From: Plasmodiophora brassicae
Taxonomy: Eukaryota
Direction of reading: 5' to 3'
Assembly: GCA_036867785.1 (NCBI GenBank)
Contig: CP145428.1
Location: 434,001-498,000 of the forward strand
DNA: 64,000 nt
Shown: positions 35,967 through 47,602 of the stretch, in pieces
Numbering within the stretch: the first letter of the stretch is position 1
Layout: each line of letters starts with the position of its first letter
Position numbers and translations under genes: made by a program
The notes under the pieces: generated by a model
Told to the model about the DNA's origin: nothing
Databases searched by the model: none
What the model saw: only the letters and a program-made list of their open reading frames with translations

Positions 35967-36282
35967 CGTTACTCGACCCGGTAGAGTTATGACGAGTCAC
36001 CACAGTCGACGCTGGTACGCACTGTGTCACACCCCCGTTCAGAACAAATGGCACCCGTGGTGTCAACGGCGCCCATGAGTCGCATGTTTGGCGCGAATGC
36101 CGCTGATTGAGATGGCTTTGTGAGGTTGTGAGGTATTCGACGGTGAAATCCGCTGAGGGCTTGGACAGGTATTACGTACGTCATATGCTGCTCGGGCTGG
36201 CGTCACCTCGCTCTAGCGTCGTTGGGGCGAGCCGCCCTCTCGGTGGGTGCTTGTGTGTGGAGGCGCCCCGATCGAGGATATA

Positions 36283-36420
36283 TCGTCCGTTTTATATGAC
36301 ATTGAATTTGCCAATATCGTCCATTTCATATGACAGTGAAATTCGTCCGTTCATATGACAGTGAAATTCGTCCGTTTCATATGACAGTGAAATTCGTCCG
36401 TTTCATATGACGGTGAAATT
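36283..36420. repeat. AT-rich ~26-bp tandem repeat (CGTCCGTTTCATATGACAGTGAAATT), 4 adjacent copies plus 1 degenerate
   Basis: Directly visible. Confidence 0.95.
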
Positions 36421-37141
36421 GGCAGGGGTGAGGCCCCGGGCCGTCGTTGCCAATGACACCGCTGATGCCAGATGGTACTATGAACAATTTGATCAGCTAA
36501 GAATGCAGTGCAACCGCAAACTGGCCGTACCTTTCGCAACGAGGACGCTGCAATTCCACGGAGCAACGCAGGGCCGGCAGCTGTTGCGATTGGGACGTCG
36601 ACGTCGACATCGTCACGCAGACCAGGCAGCTCTAAGGCCTGTGCGCCCCCCTGCTGTCGCAACCGACAGGCCGGTCAGGCAGAGGAGGATCTGAACCGCA
36701 ACGACATCAGCGATCGCCGCTGCCATACCGATCAAGGTCAGCTCTCAGCTGAACAAGGCTATAAACTTCGCATAGAACACGTCAGACCCTGTATACTACA
36801 GGCATCCCCACATAGTAGTTAGGTTGCGGTACTTCTACTCAGGTGGCAGCAAGACGGTACGACTTGCGCGGTTCACTTATACCGCGTTCCCCAGCGCCGC
36901 CGCCCAACGACGTATACCCATGACGATCGGATGGTGCCCTGCTCGGGTCGTTCGCGTTCGGCAGGCGCGCACGGGGTGTGCCGACCCGACCGCCGACCCG
37001 ACCGCGCCACTGTCATCAGGACCGCAAAAGAACAGGCGACGGCGGCGACGGGGACCGCGACCGACCGGGTCCGCCATTCGCGATTTTCGGGCGGAATTCG
37101 TCGGACGCACCCCCGGGGTCGAGTGGTCGTCGTTCGCGCGC

Positions 37142-39538
37142 ATGACACAGACGATGACGACGCGTGCGTCCCGCGTCCGGGTCCGCCATGCTGATCGCCC
37201 ACCGCTGACGGATCCCCGTTGTGTTTGCACAGTGCCCGACCCGCTGCAGGCGAACCTGCGCGTCCTGGCCGCCGCCGAGGCCGCCGCCGCCCGCGCCCTC
37301 GTCGACGCCGGCCAGGCGCACCTGTTCGAGCACTGGCCGGCGCCCGGCCAGAACGACGACGACAAGAAGCGCCTGCTCGCTCAGGCCGCCGACCTGGACG
37401 CGAAATACCCGGGTGGGATCAAGGTCAGGTCAGCGTACGCGGCCGTTCCCCTCGTCTGATTGCGTGGTCGACCTAGACGTACGCGGACAACGCCAGAGCG
37501 TTGCTGAAGGCGTCGTGCGAGGGCGTGAACCCGTACGCCGGGTATACGCCCGCGGTGCCGCTGGGCGTCGCCCTGCGCAGCAACACGCCCGAACTGGACG
37601 ACTTTGAGGGCGTCGGCGTCGCGTCGCTCGCCTACACCGCGTTCGTCCTCGTTGCCGGCGGCCTTGGCGAACGCCTCGGGTACCAGGGCATCAAGGTGCC
37701 GCTGTCTGCTGCACGTGCTGGGATGCCCCGCCTGACGGGTTCCTGTGCAGATATCGTTGCCCAGCGAGATCGTCACCGAGGCGCCGTACATTGAGCTGTA
37801 CGTGCAGTACATTCTGGCGTACCAGGCGCGGGCGCGACAGGCGACGGGACGGCAGGATCTGATCCTGCCGCTGGCGATCATGACGTCCGACGATACGCAC
37901 GAGCAGACGGTGGCGCTGCTGGACAAGTTCGCCCGGTTCGGCCTGGCGCCCGGGCAGGTCCGCATCGTCAAGCAGGAGAAGGTGCCGGCGCTGATCGACA
38001 ACGACGCGCGCATCGCGCTGAGCGCCAGCGACCCCTACCTGATCGAGACGAAACCGCACGGCCATGGCGATGTGCACACGCTCCTGCACCAGCACGGCGT
38101 CGTGGCCGATTGGGTCGCCAGGCACCAGACCAAGCACGTGTTCTTCTTCCAGGACACGAACGCGGCCGTGTTCCGCGCGTTCCCTGCCGCCCTCGGTACC
38201 GGGCCCGTCCTACAAACGAAACGCGCGTGTTGATGGGTGTCGCGCAGGCGTCAGCGTGAAGAAACAGTTCGAGGTCAACTCCATCACCGTGCCGCGGAAG
38301 CCTGGCGAGGCCGTTGGCGCGATCTGCCGGCTGAACTCCCACGTTCGTTCGGCAATGCGCGCGCGTCGGCCCGTGCGTACGACGTTTGTAACGATGCTGG
38401 TCAGGAGGGTCAGCGGTCGCTGACCATCAACGTCGAGTACAACCAGCTCGAGCCGCTGCTGCGTGCCACCATCAGCCCGGACGGCGACGTCCCTGACGCC
38501 ACCGGGTTCTCGCCGTTCCCAGGTTCGCGCCGGCGTCCGACCTGTCCGGGACGACGTTGCCTGCTGATACGTGCTGCGTGCCAGGCAATATCAACGCGCT
38601 GATCTTCGCTGCCGAGCCGTACCTCGCCGTCCTGAAGGTACGCGCGCGTCACGGTCGCCAGTGCTCGCTGGTCGCGATGAACGCAACGGCGCGTGTGTGC
38701 AGCGAACGAATGGCGGCGTTCCCGAGTTCGTGAACCCAAAGTACAAGGACAAGACGAAGACGACGTTCAAGGCGCCGACCCGGCTGGAGTGCATGATGCA
38801 AGACTACCCGAGGTTGCTCGGCCCGGACGCGAAGGTCGGCTTCACGCAGCTGGAGCGGTGGATGGCGTTCGCCGCCGTCAAGAACAATGTCGCCGACGGC
38901 CTCGGTCGGTGGGGCGGGCCCATACGTCGCCGTCTGCCACTGACCGACCGTTGGTGTACAGGCAAGTTCAACGAGACGGGCTTCTCGGAGACGGCCGCGG
39001 AAGGCGAGAGCAACCTGTACGCGATCGGCGCCAACCTGCTGCGTTTAGGCGGGGACGGCGTTCGCATCCCGCAGCAGACGAGATCGGCGACGTTCGCCGG
39101 GATCCCGACCATGGTGGGGCCCAAGGTCGTGCTCAGGCCGTCGTTCGGCGTGACGCAGGCCGAGATCCGGAGCAAGGTCCAGGGCGCATCCATCGACCTG
39201 TCGGCATCGTCGACGTTGCTCCTGTCCGGAAGCGGCGTCACCATCAAGAAGTTGCAACTGGACGGCGCGCTCGTCGTGAAGGTTCGCCCCAGGATCACCG
39301 CTCGTGTCGATTCGTTTGCGTTCTGAATAGGTTTTGCAAGGCCGGCGACGGCACATCGATCGCATTGGACAACGTCGTCGAGAAGAACGCAGGGTGGCAG
39401 TTCCAGGCGGTGCCGACGACGTACAAAGACCAGCGATTCGCCATTCGCGGCTACACGCTCGACAAGCGGGCGCAGCGTGTCATCGAGGCCGATGACCTGC
39501 AAGCGCACCGTATCAACGATCCGGCGGCGGCGAACTAG
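37142..39538 (+). CDS. USP: UDP-sugar pyrophosphorylase (multi-exon)
   Basis: [57 protein letters not shown]. Confidence 0.95.
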
Positions 39539-39729
39539 GTAGGCCGAACGTCGTCGACCCTGGCGCGCCGAAATACATGTCTGGTGGTTAACAAGAAGCA
39601 ACGCACGTGTGTGTGTGTGTGCCGATGAACGGGTAGGCCGCGCCCACCGCAGGCAGTCGGGGCGCGCCCGACCGAAATATCTGTCGACTCCGCCCGAAGC
39701 AACAACGCAACGCCCGCCTGGCAGGGCGC

Positions 39730-40720
39730 ATGCTCGCCGTCATTCTCCCTGCCATACTTCTAGCGATCGGTCGGCCGCAGGTAGGCGTGGTCGTGGTAGG
39801 CCGCAGCCTGTGCTGGAATGAAACACGGCCCCCCGCGTGTACAGGTAATACTAGGCTGTGGCATGCCACCTGCCCCGGAACGTCTGTTCGTGAGCGGGGC
39901 GGGCCCCCACACATGGTCCGCTCCATCGGGCGACAACTTCCACATACGCTCCGAACTCTATCTGGAGAACGGCGCCAAGGTCTGTACCTGGCGCCCAACT
40001 GCTGTGCGGCGGTGCCACTGATTCCGCGCGTCACGTCGTGTCCAGGAGCCATCCAACCCGGCGCACATGGTCCTGCTCGATGCGGACATTGTCCTGCACA
40101 ACGACCCGAAGGTCAAGAAATTCGACCAGCTGTCACGAAAGACGGATTCGTATGTCCACTACCTCCGTAATCACTGTGCGTACGTGCCGCACGTGTTCGC
40201 AGACGGGCACCTGATCACGAGCGCGCCAGGCAATGACCGACGCCGTCTACTCGTCATCGTGTTCCAGATGCATCCCCGGTATCTTGTCCTGACGTTCGCG
40301 GTCGACGATGGGGCGGCACCGTCCGCGTCCGGCGCGCTCCTGGATTCGCTGTTCTCGTCGTCCGCCTGGGGCGACGACGAATGCGCGCAGCGCTTCAAGA
40401 TGCTGCCGCGTCTCGCCAACTTCAGCATCCCATTCTACAACGTCAACCAGCCCGTCCTCATTGCCAGCCGCCTGTCCACGACGTTCTACCGCACTGGCGA
40501 CCTCGTCGAGATCGACATCGACGTGTTCTCGAGCCGCATCGCACGCTGGATCTACCGGTACGTGGAGTCGGCGGCCGCGTCCCTGGAAGTCGACCTCGGC
40601 TTCGTCCTGCAGGGCAACTCCCGGCAAGAGCTCCCCGAGCGCATCCTCGGCGCCGTCCACCTATCCCGCGTCAACCTCGCCGAACGCGTCACCAGAACGT
40701 CGGCCTGGCCAGTCGAATAA
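39730..40720 (+). CDS. EDR2 C-terminal (DUF1336) domain protein (multi-exon)
   Basis: WSAPSGDNFHIRSELYL, RFKMLP, VEIDIDVFSS, VDLGFVLQG..ELPERILGAV. Confidence 0.85.
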
Positions 40721-40742
40721 TGCATGGGCGGTCGTCGAAACC

Positions 40743-40826
40743 TGCGCGACTGCAGATCAGTGCGCGACTGCAGATCAGTGCGCGACTGCAGATCATTGCG
40801 CGACTGCAGATCAGTGCGTGACTGTC
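40743..40826. repeat. 18-bp minisatellite (TGCGCGACTGCAGATCAG) x4 plus partial copy
   Basis: Directly visible between two convergent 3' ends. Confidence 0.95.
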
Positions 40827-40918
40827 GACGGCGGAAAGTGGGCGACTGTCGACGGCGTAAGGTGCGCGAGTGTACGAAGCATCACTGCCCGTCCACGGCG
40901 TTATAAATGTAGTGACGC

Positions 40919-42495
40919 TCAGGTGAACTGGCCAGCGGCGAACTTGTCGTCGCTGTAGAACTGTGCGACGACGGTGCGGCTGTCGAACTTGCGGCCGGCC
41001 AGCGCGTCCCGGGCGGCGGTGGCCGATTCGACCGAGTCGAACTTGACGTAGACCTTGCCGACGCCGGTCGGGTCGTACCCGGGCCGGGGGATGACCACCG
41101 CTTCCACCTGCCCGTACTTGCTGCACTCGTCGTGGACATCCTCCTTGATGTCGTTGTACTCCTGGTCGTCCAGCAGCTCGTCCTGCGTCACCATCTGCAA
41201 CAGGACGATGACGTTCGACGCTACGCGTGACATTGTGTTCAGTAACCAGCAGGAAACAGAGCAAAGTGAATGCGCAACACGTACGCGGATGAACGGCGAC
41301 AGGTCCCGCTGGGATGTAACCCGCCTGGCCCATCACCATGCTCGAATACTCGGGCCCGGCGTCCTCCTTCGCGTATGCAGCGCGCACGGTCAGGACGCGG
41401 TCGCCAATCTAGCCACCCCTGTTAGCCACACGCGCCGTCCGGTACGACGGCCCACAACCGACCTGGATGTTGTTCAGGCCTTGGCAGGCGGCGTCGGACA
41501 CGGCCGGGTCGTTGTACTCGAAGAACGCGTACCCTTTCGACACGTTCGTATCCTTCTCGCGCACGAGGTGGAACGACTTGAGCGACCCGTACGTCTCCAG
41601 CAGTTCCCGAACCTGGTCCTCGTTGAGCTCATACGGCAGCCCGCCACAGAACAGCTTGCCGGGGCCATCGGGCACTTGCGTTGAGACGATGCCCAACCGT
41701 GACACGTCCAGCGCCGGGATCGGCCCGATGGGCATGGCCATCCCCATCGGGTTGTAATCGCTCGGCCGCCTGATCTTCAGCGGGAACGTTCCATACACGA
41801 TCCCGTCCAGGGCCTACACGAACAGGTTAGCATTAGACTCGACGCCCGATAACGAGAACCTACCAATGCAGCCGTCGCTTCTTCGACGGTGCGGAACTCG
41901 ACGAACGCGAAGCGCTTCTCCATGTTCAGGTACACCGACACGACAGGATCACCGCCGGACTGATCGACTGGCGAACGTTGAACGTCAGCAACAGCGCGCG
42001 TATAACGACGAACGAAGCAATGGCAATACCCAAGGCGGTTCGCATGGCGACATTGAAGAAGTGCATGAGGTCGGCTTCGGTGGTATGCGGAAGGTTGCCC
42101 GCGTATAACCGTCGCATTTGCCGGTCGGCGCGTGGTCCAGAACCGGGGACGGTCATCGACGGCTGCCCGACGATGATCGGTTGGCCGAGCGCATTGACCG
42201 GCGGGTTGTACACGGTTCCAACGCCCAGCATCGCCATGCGCTCCAGGTTCATGTTCGGGTCGCGGAGCAGTTCAGCAGCGGCGACCTGCTGTGGCACTTT
42301 CGTGCCGTCGGCCGCGATATCCCATCCGGACGCATGCGCGCGCTCGCGACGCGTCGGCGGCGGTGTCCACGCCCCGCTCTTGTCGCGAACCTTTTCACGC
42401 GGAGGGCTTCGACTGCGATGTCGGTGCGACGACGGCCGGTAGTCCGGCGGTGAGCGCGATCGCCGACGCGAGTAATGGTAGTCGGTCGCCGCCAT
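40919..42495 (-). CDS. U2AF2: Splicing factor U2AF large subunit (multi-exon)
   Basis: RS region, SGWDI, RRLYAGNLP, LKIRRPSDYNP, KLFCGGLP..SKGYAFFEY, UHM domain DVHDECSKYG..GVGKVYVKF..LAGRKF. Confidence 0.95.
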
Positions 42496-42721
42496 CGTTG
42501 ACAACCGTTACGATGAACAAGTCCGCCACGGACTTCGACGTACGATGCGTTCTTTACCCGTCGCGCCCCAGTCACCAACGCGCGTACAGGCAACCGCATT
42601 GCGCGCCCCGACGCGACCGCCTCAACTGTCAGACGACGACGACGATGGCACGATATGCTGTTGACCGGTACTTGCAGTGGTGCACGGCGGGAATAGTTTA
42701 TGGTATACGGGCGCGGAAGGG

Positions 42722-42971
42722 CTAAGAGCGAGGGGACAGCAGTTCGTCCTTCTTGCGGCGGTAGTAGGCGCGGATCTGTGTCCATGAATGAGATAGGGTG
42801 CGGCGACCCATTTCGACAAACCGCACGGACGCCGTCGAAGCAATGCCGCTTGCCGGGGAATTCCTGGACCAGGGCCATGTAGACGCCGACGCCGGCGCAG
42901 GCGAAGAACGTTGCAAGGCGTAGGACGCGCTTGCTGACGGTGTTGATCTCGGGTGGAAGCTCGCGGGCCAT
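42722..42971 (-). CDS. Small single-pass membrane protein (~64 aa); intron 42776-42830
   Basis: MARELPP..TM..EFPGKRHCFDG|IRAYY..; a canonical 55-nt intron restores the frame. Confidence 0.65.
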
Positions 42972-43478
42972 CGCGTCGTGGTAGCCGCGTCCCGCTACGT
43001 TGCACGATGAGCCGATGACGCAGCAATGGCCGCGCGGGACGCGTACCGCCTGTTTTTTGCGCGACACGGAGGACAACTGTAACCATTGACAGAGCCGGCG
43101 GCGCTTGGCCGAACTTAAACTGCGGCTGTAACGAACGGGGCGTGCCCGATGCCGTCCGTAAACCCTCCCACGTAGAAGCGCCCATGACGTGGAGCGATAG
43201 GGTTGCTCATCCGTCGTACTGGAGTGTGATCCGACGGCAACGGGCACGAATCAACGACTGGGCACATTTGATTTCGTGTGGCTGCCCTCCTGGTCTCACG
43301 GTTGCGTTAATCGTTCCTGCCGACCTGGACGTCGTCGTTGGCGAGCGTGCTAGGCGCCAAGCGTTGCACTGTGAACCGTAATGCTATGTAGGTATGGCTA
43401 CTTCTTCGATTGGTGCAGGCACAGCGCTGTTCGTGATATCGGCTTTGCACCATACGTTTGTACTCCACCAATAACTTT

Positions 43479-43526
43479 TTACTTTACATATATGTAAAGT
43501 AAGGGCCCTTTTATATAAAAGGGCCC
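43479..43526. repeat. Two abutting perfect 24-bp palindromes
   Basis: TTACTTTACATATATGTAAAGTAA (43479-43502) and GGGCCCTTTTATATAAAAGGGCCC (43503-43526). Confidence 0.95.
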
Positions 43527-44955
43527 AGTTCACCAGTTAGGTGGACCCCGCGTCGCCATCTACAAGGCCACATTTTCGATACTGTAGGCTTAGCACTGAC
43601 GTTAGACTTTGGGCCAGAGCGGACGCATAGTGGAGACCTCGTTGCAGCTATCACGTTCAACGACCAACGTCTGAGAGGCGGTAGAAAGATCAGACGAGCG
43701 TCCATACCGTCTACCGATGATGAGAAGGACAATATGCATTCCGCGGAAGACGATATAGTCCTACGCGTGGCCATGAAGCATTACGTGCATTTCGAACGTG
43801 TCCATATGCCGGTCGAAGGTTGGCAAGTCGATGCATAGGCGCACAGGTGCCCCTGTGCGTTGGTTCATAAGTTCGGGTGTTGTCTACAGAAAAATCATTG
43901 CGGCCCTAATTAAAGAAGTTGAAACTACACTTATCCGTTTGTCAATCGCCCACCCCGGCCGGCGCGCACCCGCGGGCGTCGTGGCCAGCGCCGGGCTTGA
44001 CAGGGACCTAGTGGCGGAGGACGAGGTGTCCCAACACTACAAGAAGATGTCCGGGCTGGACCTCAAGGTTATCTGCCCGGACCACTGGGAAACATTCCGC
44101 GTCAAATTCAGGTCAACATTAGAGAGAATGTCAATTTCGGTCAATTCGGGACAGCTTGCAGTCACAGCAACCGGTTACAGGATCCAATTCTCTGCGCGGC
44201 CGGATCGTCATGGAAGTTGAATGTGGTACCACGCACTCCGCAACGAACGCGGGTATCAGTTGGTCCAGCGTGCGATTCGCGCCGATGAGTCGTGATGTGA
44301 ACGCCGCACTGGAGGAGAAGTCGTCAGCCGATGATGACGCAGTGGGAGGCTACTTCTGGCAGGACTGGGCGAGGCGCGGCGATGGTGTCGAGGCCAAGTC
44401 GCCCGATGACGTCGATGACAACCTTTTTCTTCGGGAATGGTTGGAGTCCAGCGATGACGGCGAAGCGAAACTGCCGGACGAGGGTGACAGAAATGAGTAT
44501 TTCCTGCGTCAATGGATCCGACGTCGCCACAATGGAGATGTCATGTCTGGCGGTGATGATGTTGAACTCGTGAATGACGATGACGGTCCGCCACAGTTCG
44601 AACTGGAGGGACCTGATGATGCACCACGAGTCAAGCCATTCGACATTCGACCTGCACTCCTCGACGTTGCGGCTCGTGAAAACACCGATTCGTTTGACGA
44701 TTGGCGTCGTGACAACGACGGTGGATATATGGCCGAGCTTGCTCTCTACGATCATCTTATGACGCATATGAACTCTCGTCTGGTGCCCGTGGCAATTGAC
44801 GAACTGGACACGGACGCCGTTGATGTTTTCGACGAGGCCATTCGTGCCAACCTTTCCTACGAGGCTGTGGACAGCCAACTGAAGATTAGTTGTGAAAGGT
44901 CGAGGAAGTTGGTTGAGAAGCATAACGCGCTGGTAAGGTGCACTGTGCAAGGATG

Positions 44956-45122
44956 CTGTTTCGCGACGACATGAAATCGTCAAAATCGCCGATGTCGATG
45001 CCTCTCGAGGTCGCGTATTCGTGAACCTAGACGATATCCTACCCCTGTAGGTTCACGAATACGCGACCTCGAGAGGCATCGACATCGGGCGATTTTGACG
45101 ATTTCATGTCGTCGCGAAACAG
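44956..45122. repeat. Near-perfect hairpin: arms 44956-45029 and 45048-45122, 18-nt loop
   Basis: 74/75-bp arms differing by a single 1-nt indel. Confidence 0.97.
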
Positions 45123-45599
45123 GACAAACTTCGGCGTCGCCTCTGTCGCTCATCTGCGGAGGCACCTCCTCGACGTCGGCCTAGCCGTACCTTTCCTGAC
45201 TTATCGTGTATGTTCCGAGGGCCATATCTGGCCAGCGGACACGAACGCGCCTGGTAACGCTGGCTGTGCTACGTACTTCGGAGCCATATCCTTATTTCTC
45301 GCGGATCCTCTTCCTCCAATCGCTGTTCCGGTCCAAAGCGTTTGCTCAACAGTTGAACGAAGAATACGCTAGACATATCAGTCAACTCGACGAGCCAGCC
45401 GATGCCTTCCGTGACTGGACCGACGGGGCATACTTCTCTGTGCGTTATGCCGATTTCATGCGGCGGTGCATGCGATTCGATGAGTTCCCTCTGGCACTTT
45501 CGTCAATGATTGACGGTGCGGATGTCCTCAGATGGGGATCAAGATCGGTTGTACCGCTCAGGTTGTTCTGGGGTTGCCAGCAGCTGTCCGTTGCAACGT

Positions 45600-46480
45600 T
45601 GGGCTGATGCAACCGGTCTTCTTGGTCCCAAATATTGCCAAAGCCCATCGACGGAATTTTCTTCGCCTAGATGCATTTGAGCTGAACATAATGTATCATT
45701 ATGGGTTTGTAGTATACGATGCATTCAAGTCCTCTCGTCAAGTGGTTCGTTGCACGTTTGCTTCGATGGTAATGGCAACCGCTCTATGTCTAACGGCATA
45801 TCTGATGTATCGAATAGGTGATGGACTACGTCGAATTTTGTACCGTTACGCATACATGCCAGAGCGGGAAACTCGATTCCTGCAACAGATGTCACGTCAG
45901 ACGCAGAAGAGTTCGTTCATGTGGCGCTTCGAAGTATCCAGGGTTGTTTCTATATGCCAGTGCAGATGTTCAACATTCCGTAAGTATTAAAATATCCCGA
46001 AGACGTGCATCTGACATATGTGTTGCTAGGGCTCCGAGAAGTATGCCGCGTTTCTACAAAGGGACGAGGGTATGAGTCAGATGAGCGCCCCGCTGATCTC
46101 CGGACGCTCTAAGAGCTTCGCTCGCTGCACTGGCATATGGAAACAACCCTGGACATTTCGAAGCGCCGCACGAACGAACTCTTCTGCGTCTGACGTGGCA
46201 TCTGTTGCAAGAGTCGAGTTTCCCGCTCTGGCATGTATGCGTAACGGTACAAAATTCGACGTAGACCATCACCTATTCGATATATCAGATCTGCCGTTAG
46301 ACATAGAGCGGTTGCCATTACCATCGAAGCAAACGTGCAACGAACCACTTGACGAGAGGACTTGAATGCATCGTATACCACAATCCCACAATGATACATT
46401 ACATGCATCTAGGCGAGGAAAATTCCGCCGATGGGATTTGGCAATATTTGGATCAACAAACGGCCCGATGCATCAGCCCA
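45600..46480. repeat. Long inverted repeat: arms 45600-45965 and 46125-46480, 159-bp spacer
   Basis: Same peptides on both strands; about 90% identity by eye, with one ~10-bp indel. Confidence 0.95.
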
Positions 46481-47598
46481 GGGACTATGTTGCGACGTCC
46501 TGCGACATCTACCGGCGATGTAAGACGCCGCGTCACAAACCTGCTGGCCTGCTTACTCTGCTACCACTCCCGACAGGACTCAGGTCGTCCGTTTCGATGG
46601 ACTTTATCGTCAAACTTCCACGATCCAACGGGTTCTACTCGATTCTGGTGCTTGTCGATCGTTATTCTAAGATGGCGCACTTCATCCCATGTAACGAGTC
46701 GACGACGGTGTCCCAGCTGGCGGACCTATTCCTTTGCAGAGTCTTCCGTTTGCACGGTCTGCCGACAGACGTCGTCTCCGACAGGGGACCCCAGTTCATA
46801 TTGATATCCAAATCTTGGAAGCAACGGCGCGTCACCCAGAATCCGATGGCCAAAACAGGACGAGTCAACCAGATCCTCGAGCAGACCTGCGAAACTACGT
46901 CAACTTCCAGCGCGATGATTGGGCCTCTTGGTTGCCCATCGCCGAGTTCGCGTACAATGACGCCTGTCATTCATCGACGGGGATGTCCGCGTTCTTCGCC
47001 AATTACGGGTACCACCCGGCGTTTCACGACCTACGACCGCGAACCTCTGCATCGTCGAACCCGTACCCGCTGCGCACAGTGCTGAAGTCTGGAACCTGTC
47101 TCACGCGGTCCACGCGATGAAGCGATTCGCCGATGCCCATCGCAGCCCGCTCCCGTACGTCCTACAAGCCCGGCGATCTGGACATATGCTACGAAAGGGG
47201 GCCTTACGAACGGGACGACCCTGTGACAAACTCGACGTCCGCATGTTAGGACGTCCATACCCGGTCGCGAGAGTCATCAACGCCGTTGCGTACGAGCTCG
47301 AGCTGCCGCCAACCTGTCGGATCCATAATGTGTTCCATGCGTCCCTTCTAAAACCGTACGTCGCCAGTGCCATACCCGGACGCCACCAGCCGCCACCGGA
47401 TCCCATCATGGTCGCCGGGGAGGCGGAACACCTCTACCTGGACAAGAACGTCCTGGACTCAAGGTACAGACGGGGGCGCATTCAGTGTTTGATCGACTGG
47501 GAGGGCTACCCGCCGTCAGAGAGGACATGGGAACCGGCCGGGGAACGCTTCGCGGCACGGGAGGGAGGGAGGGATCAAACAATCACAGAATTCCACGA
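46481..47598 (+). mobile_element. Ty3/gypsy (chromovirus) integrase-chromodomain fragment, frameshifted
   Basis: VSMDFIVKLP, VDRYSKMAHFIP, HGLPTDVVSDRGPQF, EFAYN, GPY/F-type AYELELP..IHNVFHASLLKPY, chromodomain; purine tract near 47558-47574. Confidence 0.93.
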
Positions 47599-47602
47599 TT
47601 AA

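Larger units (their letters stand above)
44210..46480 (+). mobile_element. Decayed CACTA/EnSpm (Tnp2-like) transposase region
   Basis: Acidic N-terminal ORF, Cys cluster, LQSLF, RDWTDG..F, LALSSMIDG..SVVPL; frameshifts. Confidence 0.6.

Noticed and set aside
36283-36420. CRISPR-like repeat array
   Set aside because: Units are contiguous with no unique spacers, there are no cas genes, and the context is eukaryotic.
40743-40826. CATADQ peptide-repeat ORF or CRISPR array
   Set aside because: Simple 18-bp minisatellite in 3' UTR space; the ORF is an off-frame shadow of the DUF1336 gene.
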